Origin: Deltaproteobacteria bacterium
GTDB taxonomy: Bacteria > Myxococcota > Kuafuiibacteriia > Kuafuiibacteriales > Kuafuiibacteriaceae
DNA: 64,000 nt
Reading direction: 5' to 3'
NCBI GenBank assembly: GCA_040218735.1
Contig: JAVJQW010000070.1
Coordinates: forward strand, 416,001-480,000
Below the pieces are notes generated by a model, which was not told the DNA's origin, made no database searches, and was given only the letters and a program-made list of their open reading frames with translations. Positions 50,114 to 59,123 of this stretch are shown here, one piece after another; the first letter of the stretch is position 1, and the number at the start of each line of letters is the position of its first letter. Position numbers and translations under genes: made by a program.

Positions 50114-52886
50114 GGAACGGGACGTCCACCGACGAAAAGAGTCGTTCGCGAGTCGGGTACTGGCCAATCAACAACGGCGTTGCCCATCCGGGGCTGTCCA
50201 AAGACTGACTGCGGCGGGCAACCATCAGCGCCCGCCCCGCATCGAAGTCTGTCTTGACGAGCTCCTCGTAGAAATCCGAAGCAAGTCGCGGTGCGACGTC
50301 ATCCGCGATCGGCCATACGTGCGCGACGACCTCCGTGACACCTCCCTCAACCAGATCAGAGGCAAGCGTTTGAACGCCCACGCGTTCGTCTGTAGAGATA
50401 TCAGGAAGCGCACTCGTGCATACATTCAGGAAAACGAACCTCACATCGTGACCGCTGACCCACCGGCGTAGGTCGGCTCCGTAAACTCGTCCCTTCGGAT
50501 CGTCGGTAGGATTCAGCTGAAGGTAGGGGACCCCACTCTCGAACCCAGCGTGACCAGCGAAATGAACCATCTGGAACTGGTTTTCTCGAAGCTGATTCTC
50601 TAGCTCATCTGGCGTCGCCGTCATGGCCGATAGGACCCGCACATTGGATACCGGCCATCCGAGGACCTCGAATCGAGCCGCTAGAATGTCTCGGACTTCC
50701 GCCAGCTCGTCATCGACATTCGGAAGCCCAGGCGCCCGCGAGCCCACAACGAGAACACGCGGAGGCGGCATCTCGCCTCTGGCGAGCGCTTCGTCTATCG
50801 GGAGTGGAAAGGAATCGATGCTCAGGTCGGTGAGGTAGCGTCGGACCGGACGCCGACGTCCGAGCGGGTCACCTGCACCACTCATATGCATCCATTCCCA
50901 CGGCATCGATAGGCTCTTTCGATCCCCGCGAATGCAGAGCCTTGCGTTCGACTCGATGAGCGGAGTGCAGCCGTCCTCGTCCGTCCTCTGTTCGCTCGCG
51001 AGCAGAGCGCCTGTCTTCCACGTCACATCGCGCCACTTCGCGCTGTCACCCGCGAGCGGTACGACCATCTCGAACACCTTCTGAACGGGACCCGTGGCGG
51101 GTTCCCATTGGCTCTCACTCGTTGAAGCAAACCTCGCCCATCGTACAAAGCTCTGAAGATTCGGATAGAGGCGCTCTCGCGTGAGAATCTTACGTAACCA
51201 TTGTCGGTCCTTGTCATGACTCACATATCGTAGCGCCGCCGAAAGCAGAGCCGCGAGTGCCGCATTACCCGCCGCATCGACCTCGGCCAGCGAAATCAGG
51301 GTGGGGAGCAAGTTCTTCGCGTCGACATCCTCGACTTCCTTGAGCAGCCGATCGACCTCATCCGGCGCCAAGCGGGCGTCGCCCTCCACAATTCGTCTCA
51401 GATCGTTCGTGTCGCTCAGTTGCGGCTCGACGAGCTCACGTATCCGCGTCGCGCTCGCCTCGTCGATCGGTCGCGGAGCGTCCTTTCCAAGGATCGATGT
51501 CACGTGCTCCACAACCGCGGGGGACTTGGCTTTCTCGAGCTCGAAATAGCGGTCGACGGTCAAGAAGTCCGGCAGTCGCCTCCGATCGCTCCCATTGAAG
51601 ATGAGAAATCGTAACTCGCGACGGGTCCACTTCTCGACGGCGAGCTCGAGCTCCAATCGGCAGAACTCGCTCTCCCAATAGTCGTCATCGATGATTGCGA
51701 GAAACAAACTCGCAGCGCCGACCTCCTTCTTGAGGTTCTCGATGAGCTCCCCCGTCTTCTGATTGCTCTCCTCCATGTACTGGAAGCAGGGGAAGCCAGC
51801 GGCCTTCAATCCCGTTGCGATCGCCACGGCGCGATCGTTCTGGCTATTGGCATTGCTCACGAAGACGCGTCTGCCGCCAATGCTGAGCAGGTACTCGATA
51901 ACGTCCTTGACGTAATGGAGGTCGCGCCCCCGATCTTGGTGTTCTTTGAGCTTGTCTACAATGTAGTCAGCGACGCTGCCTTGGTCAGCGTCACTCCAGA
52001 AGTGCACCGGCTCCATTCTTTCATCGAGTTGGTATCCCGCCAGGAGAGGAGGCGCACTTCGCGCCGCGGCGGCCTCGCTCAACAGGAGCCCAAGTCGCTG
52101 TCGCGCCTGATTTTCATCTTCGTCCGGACTCAGCCGGCAAATGCGAAGGCACGCAACGGATGAAGCATGAATGAGCGCAAGGATGTGTTCCGGAGTGGAA
52201 TCGGACCCGAAGTCAGCGACAACGACATCGATGGACTCCATACGTCCCAGGACCTCGATATCGAGATTCGAGCTTTGGCCACTGAGCTCGAATCGATCGA
52301 CTTTGAAGAAGTCGCCGTTCTTCTTCTTTCCGCGTAGCTCCACTTCCCGGCGAACCGCCTCGAGAGGGCTGCTCGTGTCTGTCAGAAGGAAGGCCGGAGC
52401 GGACTCGTGCTGGGCCGGACGAACGTGCTCCCGAGCTCGACTGACGAAGCTGGAGATCTGACGATCGATGGTGGAGGGGTCGCCGTGGTCGGCGAAGTCA
52501 TTCGATTCTCGATCGAAGTACAACATGCGCGTTCGATCGGAGCCGACAAGCGGCCCCGCTGGAATGCGGTTCTCCGCTATAATCAGTCGGGGCTTGCGAG
52601 ACCGAATCGCGAGGCCGTACTCGAAGGCTTGGTACGGCGACCAAGCCGGCGTGTCTACAGTTGACCGGTCGGGAACAATCGCGACGAAACCACCAGTACG
52701 TCGCATCATGTGTTCGAGGAAGGTCACGTCCATGGGAGCTTCATTGCCGTTCCACTTGCCGCCATCGACGGTGAAGTGAATTCCGTGGTCAGCGAGCCGG
52801 CGAAGCAGCGCCATCTGGATGCGCCTGTCTCCCGGACGATAGCTATGGCTTAGGTAGACAAGGACCTTACTGGTATCCGCTGTCAT
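50106..52886 (-). CDS. Multi-TIR-like domain + helical domain + CHAT (caspase-like) protease fusion
   Basis: VYLSHS...SPYQAFEYGLA (TIR-like), VFVSNA...YWESEFCRLELELA (TIR), MPWE, LPNVDDEL, VHFAGH, FVFLNVC.S, WPIAD..A...A..FY, W (CHAT). Confidence 0.85.
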   Translation of the reverse strand: MTADTSKVLVYLSHSYRPGDRRIQMALLRRLADHGIHFTVDGGKWNGNEAPMDVTFLEHMMRRTGGFVAIVPDRSTVDTPAWSPYQAFEYGLAIRSRKPRLIIAENRIPAGPLVGSDRTRMLYFDRESNDFADHGDPSTIDRQISSFVSRAREHVRPAQHESAPAFLLTDTSSPLEAVRREVELRGKKKNGDFFKVDRFELSGQSSNLDIEVLGRMESIDVVVADFGSDSTPEHILALIHASSVACLRICRLSPDEDENQARQRLGLLLSEAAAARSAPPLLAGYQLDERMEPVHFWSDADQGSVADYIVDKLKEHQDRGRDLHYVKDVIEYLLSIGGRRVFVSNANSQNDRAVAIATGLKAAGFPCFQYMEESNQKTGELIENLKKEVGAASLFLAIIDDDYWESEFCRLELELAVEKWTRRELRFLIFNGSDRRRLPDFLTVDRYFELEKAKSPAVVEHVTSILGKDAPRPIDEASATRIRELVEPQLSDTNDLRRIVEGDARLAPDEVDRLLKEVEDVDAKNLLPTLISLAEVDAAGNAALAALLSAALRYVSHDKDRQWLRKILTRERLYPNLQSFVRWARFASTSESQWEPATGPVQKVFEMVVPLAGDSAKWRDVTWKTGALLASEQRTDEDGCTPLIESNARLCIRGDRKSLSMPWEWMHMSGAGDPLGRRRPVRRYLTDLSIDSFPLPIDEALARGEMPPPRVLVVGSRAPGLPNVDDELAEVRDILAARFEVLGWPVSNVRVLSAMTATPDELENQLRENQFQMVHFAGHAGFESGVPYLQLNPTDDPKGRVYGADLRRWVSGHDVRFVFLNVCTSALPDISTDERVGVQTLASDLVEGGVTEVVAHVWPIADDVAPRLASDFYEELVKTDFDAGRALMVARRSQSLDSPGWATPLLIGQYPTRERLFSSVDVPFHD

Positions 52887-52899
52887 CGAGCACCAGAGG

Positions 52900-53457
52900 T
52901 CAGACGTTCCCGATACGCCAGCGGCCGTTTTCACTCTGTTCCAGCAGCGTCACTTCAGAGGGCGCCGCCCGGCTCTTTCGAAGAAGGCCTTCCAGGATGT
53001 TCCGGACCTCGTCCTGCGTGAGCTCGCGCTGCCCCGAGATCGCCGCAGCAAGCTCCACCACGGTCTGGCCCGGTTTGCCGAGCGTCTTGGCGCGCTTGAG
53101 AGCCCGCAAGACCAATACCTCGTCACCGTTCACTTCGACCTTCAACTGCTGGTAGCGAAGGAACAGCGTGACCAATCCCGGCAGTGCGGCAGCAGGGCTG
53201 GTGATGAAGAAACTTAGTGATGAAGCGACGATGGACTCGACCAGCTTCAACGACGCATCGGGCACTGCGAAGTGCCTGTCCTTCGAGAAAAGGTCTGCAT
53301 CGAGCCGCCGTTGCTCGGCCTGCGGATGGTGATGAATGATGACGTCAATGGCCGCTTCTTGGATGACGGCGGCGCGTCGTTCACCCTTCAATGACTCATC
53401 GAGTCGGCGGTCCAGCTCGAGACGAACCTCATCGAGCGTGTATTCCTTGACTGTCAT
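52900..53457 (-). CDS. Hypothetical protein (central hydrophobic segment, possible C-terminal winged helix)
   Basis: Strong SD AGGAGGAGG before ATG 53457. First gene of the island operon. Confidence 0.7.
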   Translation of the reverse strand: MTVKEYTLDEVRLELDRRLDESLKGERRAAVIQEAAIDVIIHHHPQAEQRRLDADLFSKDRHFAVPDASLKLVESIVASSLSFFITSPAAALPGLVTLFLRYQQLKVEVNGDEVLVLRALKRAKTLGKPGQTVVELAAAISGQRELTQDEVRNILEGLLRKSRAAPSEVTLLEQSENGRWRIGNV

Positions 53458-53545
53458 TGGCCCTCCTCCTGCTTGCGACTGCACCGTAGGTCTCCCCAGA
53501 GAAACGGTCAACGTGGCGGAAGGACTCCAAGTCAGCGTTTGGGGG

Positions 53546-54724
53546 TCACGGCGACGGGACGTCGTCCATGCGCTCCGACGCGAGCTGTGCGGCGTGTTTC
53601 ATGAGCGCCGGGAAGTCGCGCGCCACCGTCTGGAACTCGTCGGCCGCGAGCGTGAGGAGCAGGCACTTCTTCGAGGCCACGACCGACGCCGTCGCCGGGA
53701 GGCCGGTCATCACGGAGATCTCGCCGAAGAGCGAGCCCGAGCCGAGCTCGGCGACGATCTCTTCGTTGCGGCGGATCTCGACCTCGCCGTGGATCAGGAT
53801 GAACAGCCCCGCCGCGGTGGTGCCCTGCGAGATCAGGCTCGCGCCCTTCTTTACGTTGGTCGGGTGGAAGCGTTTGCCGAGCGCCGCGCGCTCCTCCTCC
53901 GAGAGCGCGTCGAACGGCTTCGCCTTGCGCAGCACGTTTGCGATCAGGCGCTCGCCGAACACCCGCAGGACCTCCGACAGGATCGACGGGTCCTCCTGGA
54001 TGAGGCGCGTGAGCACCTCCAGCCTCAGCTCCAACAGCTGCGACGGCATCGTGGTCCGCACCGTCGCGCCGCGCTTCGCGCCGTCCTTGCCGCGCGCGAA
54101 GAGCGACATCTCGCCGAAGAACTCACCCGAGCCGAGCTTCGCCACCGGCGGCGCGTCGACCTCCAGCAGCACCTCGACCTCACCTTCGGCCACCACGTAC
54201 ATCGAGGACGCGGCGTCCCCCTTCTCGAACACGACCTCGCCCGCCGGGAGCTCGTGCAGCGTCGAGCTCTCCAGCAGCTCCTCGAACGCGGCCGGGCCGA
54301 GGCTCGAGAACAGCGCGATCGGCGGGAGGATGCTCACGCTGATCTGCAGGTCCTCCGACTCCGGCTCGGACGGGGGCGGCGCGTCCGTCACCGGCACCGC
54401 GGGCGCCGGCAGCTCACCGCTGTTGAGCGCTTCGATGACCGCCTTGGTGTGCGGGTTGTTCTTGTCGAGCGCGAGGGCGAGCTTCGCCATCGCGATCCCC
54501 TTCATCGGCACACCGGACTGCGCAAACGCGAGCGCCGCGCGGCAGAGGCCCTGGATGCGCCCGGGGCGATCCTTCTTCGCGCGACAGACCTCCGCGATCC
54601 GGCTCGGCCAGGTGGGGTCCGTCGGCTCGCGGCGTTCGAGATCCTCGTAGCGTCGGATCGCTTCGTCGTGATCACCCCGGTCGAAGGCCGCCTCGGCCAC
54701 CGCGATCATCTCGGCGCGCGTCAT
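53546..54724 (-). CDS. TPR + tandem cyclic-nucleotide-binding domain protein
   Basis: Two cNMP domains (FFGEMSL...RGATV; LFGEIS...PATASV) after a helical N-terminus. Confidence 0.85.
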   Translation of the reverse strand: MTRAEMIAVAEAAFDRGDHDEAIRRYEDLERREPTDPTWPSRIAEVCRAKKDRPGRIQGLCRAALAFAQSGVPMKGIAMAKLALALDKNNPHTKAVIEALNSGELPAPAVPVTDAPPPSEPESEDLQISVSILPPIALFSSLGPAAFEELLESSTLHELPAGEVVFEKGDAASSMYVVAEGEVEVLLEVDAPPVAKLGSGEFFGEMSLFARGKDGAKRGATVRTTMPSQLLELRLEVLTRLIQEDPSILSEVLRVFGERLIANVLRKAKPFDALSEEERAALGKRFHPTNVKKGASLISQGTTAAGLFILIHGEVEIRRNEEIVAELGSGSLFGEISVMTGLPATASVVASKKCLLLTLAADEFQTVARDFPALMKHAAQLASERMDDVPSP

Positions 54725-55818
54725 CAATCGACGATCTTCAACATCTTGCGCGGCGCGTCCACCTCCGCGCCGAGCTGACCGCACGCCGCGCTGATATCGT
54801 CACCGCGCGGGGTCCGCACGAACACCGGGACGCCCGAGTCCGACACGATCCGCTGGAACGCGTCGATGCGCTCCTGAGGCGGCCGCTTGAACGGACTGTA
54901 GGGGTGCTCGTTGAAAGGGATCACGTTCACTTTGGCCGGTATCCCGCGGAGCAGCTTCACCAATCGGCGCGCGTCGTCATCCGAGTCGTTCTCGTCCGCG
55001 AGCAGCACGTACTCGAACGTGATCCGCTGCCGGTGTTTCATCGGGAACTTCCGACACGCGTCGAGCACCGCCTCGATGTTGTACTTCTTGTTGATCGGCA
55101 TGATCCGATCGCGCACCGCGTCGGTCGTCGCGTTCAGCGACACCGCGAGGTTCACGGCCACGTCGTTCCCCAGCCGCGGGATCCGAGGCGCCAGCCCCGA
55201 GGTGCTCACCGTGATCCGCCGCGCCGAGATGTTGTGGCACTCCTCGGAGGAGATCATCTGCAGCGCCGACACGACGTTCGCGTAGTTCTGCAGCGGCTCG
55301 CCCATCCCCATCATCACGATGTTCTGGATCGGCGGCCCCGCTTCGGGATCCACGAGCGTCCCGAGGTCCTCTTTGACCCGGGTGATCTGCTCCGCGATCT
55401 CGTGCGCCTCGAGGTTCCGCAGCAACCCGAGCGACGCCGTCAGACAGAACTTGCAGTCGATCGCACACCCCACCTGCGAGGAGATGCACAGGGTGTTGCG
55501 CCCCTCCGCCGAGGCGTCCGGGATGAACACCGCCTCCACGACGTCGCCCTTCTTCGTCTTCAGGGCGTACTTCCGCGTCCCGTCCGCGGCCTTTTCGACG
55601 CGGGCGATCGACATCGCGCCCACGAACGCACGGTCCGTGAGCTTCTCGCGGAGCTTCTTGGAGAGGTCGGTCATCTGCGCAACGTCGGTGACGCCGCGCC
55701 GGTGGATCCACCGGTAGATCTGCCCCGCCCGATACTTGGGCTCACCGAGCTCCGCGAGGAGCGCCTCGAGCCCGGCGCGATCGAGCGCGGCCAGATCGGT
55801 TTTGGTGGAGTCGCTCAA
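54724..55818 (-). CDS. rlmN: Dual-specificity RNA methyltransferase RlmN
   Basis: CISSQVGCAIDCKFC radical-SAM motif, MGMGEP, SLNA, AACGQL. Confidence 0.95.
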   Translation of the reverse strand: MSDSTKTDLAALDRAGLEALLAELGEPKYRAGQIYRWIHRRGVTDVAQMTDLSKKLREKLTDRAFVGAMSIARVEKAADGTRKYALKTKKGDVVEAVFIPDASAEGRNTLCISSQVGCAIDCKFCLTASLGLLRNLEAHEIAEQITRVKEDLGTLVDPEAGPPIQNIVMMGMGEPLQNYANVVSALQMISSEECHNISARRITVSTSGLAPRIPRLGNDVAVNLAVSLNATTDAVRDRIMPINKKYNIEAVLDACRKFPMKHRQRITFEYVLLADENDSDDDARRLVKLLRGIPAKVNVIPFNEHPYSPFKRPPQERIDAFQRIVSDSGVPVFVRTPRGDDISAACGQLGAEVDAPRKMLKIVD

Positions 55819-55831
55819 CTAGGCGAAGAGC

Positions 55832-56254
<423 letters not shown>

Positions 56255-56320
56255 TCGTTCGTACTTCCTGATTTTCGTGAAAAGGGGGTTGAGAGTTGAG
56301 GCGAGTGAAGCGACGTCCGC

Positions 56321-56866
56321 TCAGGAGGCGGAAGACTTCGCCAGCTCGTAGCCGACTTCCAGGGCCTTGAGGTGCCCCTCTTCGCCGCCGCGCGGGACGT
56401 GGTCCTTCACGGCCGCTTCGATCGCGGGCTTGCTGACGACGCCGGACAGCTCCACCACCACCCCGAGCGCGACGATGTGCACGAGGTTCGGGCGCTGCAG
56501 CGTCTTCTCCGCGGTCGCGAGGAGCGGGACGCGGTGCACCGTGTAGTCCGACACCGCCGTCGCATCGACGTCCTCGTCGACCACGAGGATCGCGGTCTTC
56601 TTGAGGTCCCGGCCGTACCGCTCGAGCGCTTCCTGCGTCGTCACGAGCAGGACGTCGAGCTGCGTCGCCTTCGGGTAGTCGATGTCCCCGTCCGAGATGA
56701 TCACCTCGGAGCGCGCCGCGTTGCTGCGCGCCTCGGGACCGTAGCTCTGAACGTGGTGTGCGTTCAGATCGTCGTAGATCGCCGCGGCCTCCTGGAGGAT
56801 CAAGCCGGCCTCGATCATCCCGTGGTTCCCGGCGCCAGCGAGTCGCACTTCTTTCCGATCCGCCAC
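56321..56866 (-). CDS. 2-oxoacid:acceptor oxidoreductase gamma-subunit-like protein
   Basis: EVRLAGAGNHG, QSYGPEAR, SEVIIS..I.YP, N.VALG. Confidence 0.8.
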   Translation of the reverse strand: MADRKEVRLAGAGNHGMIEAGLILQEAAAIYDDLNAHHVQSYGPEARSNAARSEVIISDGDIDYPKATQLDVLLVTTQEALERYGRDLKKTAILVVDEDVDATAVSDYTVHRVPLLATAEKTLQRPNLVHIVALGVVVELSGVVSKPAIEAAVKDHVPRGGEEGHLKALEVGYELAKSSAS

Positions 56867-56926
56867 TTCGGACGCAGCTATGGATTCAGTCGAGGGTCAG
56901 AGTCAACCAAATGTCGCGACCTTCGA

Positions 56927-58060
56927 TCACGGGAGCGCCCTTAGGACCGTCGCCGACACCGCGTCCGGGTCCGACCGGATCGACAGCGGCAGCTCCAGAT
57001 GCAGGAACCGGTCGCGCGCAGACGCGGCCTCGACCGTGCACGCCATCGGCGAGCCGTTGGCGTGCCGCCCCTGAACGTTCGTCGTCCCGCAGAGCTGGCC
57101 GGCGACCTGCCCCCCGGGGAAGCGGTTACACGTGAGCACCGCGTCCGCCGGGCGCTCGGCCTGGAGGGCCTGCACGGCGCGGGCGACCAGCGCGTCCTCC
57201 GTCGTGACGTCCATCGTGCCGTTCGAGAGCACCGCCCCGTTGCCCCCCTTGCCGTGGAGGCTGATCGCCGTCGAAGTCGCGACGCCGTCCAGCAGCGCCT
57301 CGTGCGCCAGGTGGAACGCGGAGACGACGTTGTGGGCCGTGTCGGACTCGACGTACGGCATCGACTGCGCAGAACACGCCGTCGTCTCCCCGGAGCACCC
57401 CGAGGCCCGCTGGTTCGCGCACCGGTGCGCGGCGCTCACCACCAAAGCGAGGGCGTCGACCTCGTCGTAGACCGCGCGCGCGACCGTCGCCGTGTCGATC
57501 TCGTACATCGCGTGCGGCGCGCCGACGATCACCGCCCGGGTCGCCCGGGGGCGGATCACGATCAGCGCCCGCCCCGTCCCGGGCGCGGGATCGAGCTGGA
57601 CGGCGTCCGTGCCCCGTCGGCAGGCGCCGTACTCGGCGTCGGGCAAGACGGCGAGGAGCGCCGCCTCGTCCTCGGCGAGCACCTCGGCGATCGCCGTCCG
57701 CAGGGGTGTCCGCGCCGCAGCGGGCAGCGGGACGTACCCCTCGGAGTCCCGCCCCGGGGCTTCGTCGAGGAGGTCCTGGATGCGCTGACCGAGCGAGGTC
57801 GGGCAGGCCTGGAGCGTCGTCGGGGTGCCGCCGTCGCGCCGCGGCTGGGGGCCGCCGTCACGGTGCCCACCGTCCCGCGTCCCGCCGTCGATCACGCCCC
57901 CGTCGCGGTGCCCGGCGTCCGCGGGCGTCCCGCCGTCGCGGGCGCCGCCGTCCGGGTCCTCGACGCCGGCGTCGGAGACGACGCGGATCGGGACGATCGG
58001 ATCGATCGTCCCCTCACAGGCGGCGGCCACGACGACCAGAGCGATCGCGAGCTGGCGCAC
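56927..58060 (-). CDS. Lipoprotein, putative Zn-dependent amidohydrolase-like
   Basis: AAAC lipobox, RDGG linker repeats, APH...E, SD.AH, FH..H, SLHG and FLHLE motifs. Confidence 0.6.
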   Translation of the reverse strand: MRQLAIALVVVAAACEGTIDPIVPIRVVSDAGVEDPDGGARDGGTPADAGHRDGGVIDGGTRDGGHRDGGPQPRRDGGTPTTLQACPTSLGQRIQDLLDEAPGRDSEGYVPLPAAARTPLRTAIAEVLAEDEAALLAVLPDAEYGACRRGTDAVQLDPAPGTGRALIVIRPRATRAVIVGAPHAMYEIDTATVARAVYDEVDALALVVSAAHRCANQRASGCSGETTACSAQSMPYVESDTAHNVVSAFHLAHEALLDGVATSTAISLHGKGGNGAVLSNGTMDVTTEDALVARAVQALQAERPADAVLTCNRFPGGQVAGQLCGTTNVQGRHANGSPMACTVEAASARDRFLHLELPLSIRSDPDAVSATVLRALP

Positions 58061-58064
58061 GGCT

Positions 58065-59123
58065 TCAGTGGACGACGTGTCCGAAGCGATCCCACCGCAC
58101 CCCGCTGCGGGGGCCGTGGGAGAACCACACGAACATCGCCTTACCCTTCACGTAGTTGGTGGGCACGCCGCCCCACTCCCGGCCGTCCGCGGAGTTGTCG
58201 CGGTTGTCACCCATGGCGAACAAGTAGCCCTCCTCGACGATGCACTCCCCGACGCGGGTGGGGGTGTCACGGGTGCAGGTCAGGCCGTCGAGGACGTTCT
58301 TCCCGACGGTCGATCCGCTGCGGTAGCCGTGCCGGTTGTAGATGACGTCGTAGCTGACCTCGCCGCCGAAGCTCGACTCCTCGTACAGCGTGGTGTCCTG
58401 GGTCAGGTCCTCGTCGGTCGCGGTGGGGAAGTCGCGGCCCTCGCCCTCTTCGACGTAGCTGAAGGACTGGGCCGCGCCGCGCTCGAGCTTCTTGCCGTTC
58501 ACGAACACGTCGCGGTCGGCCCAGCGCACCCGATCCCCCGCCACCGCGATGACCCGCTTGATGTAGTCCTTCGAGGTGTCGCGCGGGAACCGGAACACGA
58601 TGACGTCGCCGCGGCTCGGGGTGCCCCACTCCACGAACCACTTGTTCGTGAAGGGCACGCGCAGCCCGTAGATGAACTTGTTGACGAAGATGTGGTCGCC
58701 GACCGCGAGGGTCGGGATCATCGAGCCCGTGGGGATCTTGAAGGCCTCCACCACGAACGCCCGCAGGACCACCGCGATGAGGATCGCGATGATGATCGAC
58801 TCGGCGTACTCGCGGGTGGTGCTCTTCTTCGCGAAGCCGAGGGTCTGCTCGGTGCGGCTGTCGAGCTCCTTGAGGGCCGTCGAGAGGCGCTTGGCGTCCG
58901 GGCTCCCGTCGAGGGCCGAGCGCACGCCGTCCATCGCCTGGCGCAGCTTCTCCTGATCCTTTTCGCCGACCTTCGCGCTGTGTTTCTTCAGCATGCGCTC
59001 GACGTCCTTGAGGAATCGCTGCGCCTTCTTCTTGGTCGCGCGGCTCGGCGGCCCGCTCGATTCGCTCGGGCTCCGCTCGGCGGAGCGCTGGCCGGACTTG
59101 GCCTTGGCGCGGGTCTTACTCAC
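58065..59123 (-). CDS. lepB: Signal peptidase I
   Basis: [40 protein letters not shown]. Follows lepA. Confidence 0.95.
   Translation of the reverse strand: MSKTRAKAKSGQRSAERSPSESSGPPSRATKKKAQRFLKDVERMLKKHSAKVGEKDQEKLRQAMDGVRSALDGSPDAKRLSTALKELDSRTEQTLGFAKKSTTREYAESIIIAILIAVVLRAFVVEAFKIPTGSMIPTLAVGDHIFVNKFIYGLRVPFTNKWFVEWGTPSRGDVIVFRFPRDTSKDYIKRVIAVAGDRVRWADRDVFVNGKKLERGAAQSFSYVEEGEGRDFPTATDEDLTQDTTLYEESSFGGEVSYDVIYNRHGYRSGSTVGKNVLDGLTCTRDTPTRVGECIVEEGYLFAMGDNRDNSADGREWGGVPTNYVKGKAMFVWFSHGPRSGVRWDRFGHVVH

Larger units (their letters stand above)
48790..53540. other. AT-richer accessory island carrying a 3-gene operon
   Basis: Visibly more A/T and many A/T-ending codons compared with the flanks (not computed). 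No integrase seen. Confidence 0.7.

Noticed and set aside
50106-52886. Assigning the island to Thoeris, CBASS, Avs or gasdermin systems
   Set aside because: No ThsA (SIR2/Macro/SLOG), CD-NTase, STAND NTPase or recognisable gasdermin gene is present in the operon.
48776-53564. Possible direct repeats (ACGGC-T-CGGGACGCCG versus ACGGC-GA-CGGGACGTCG) flanking the island as att sites
   Set aside because: They are short, imperfect and GC-rich, so likely by chance. No integrase or tRNA is adjacent, so the island is not called a mobile element.
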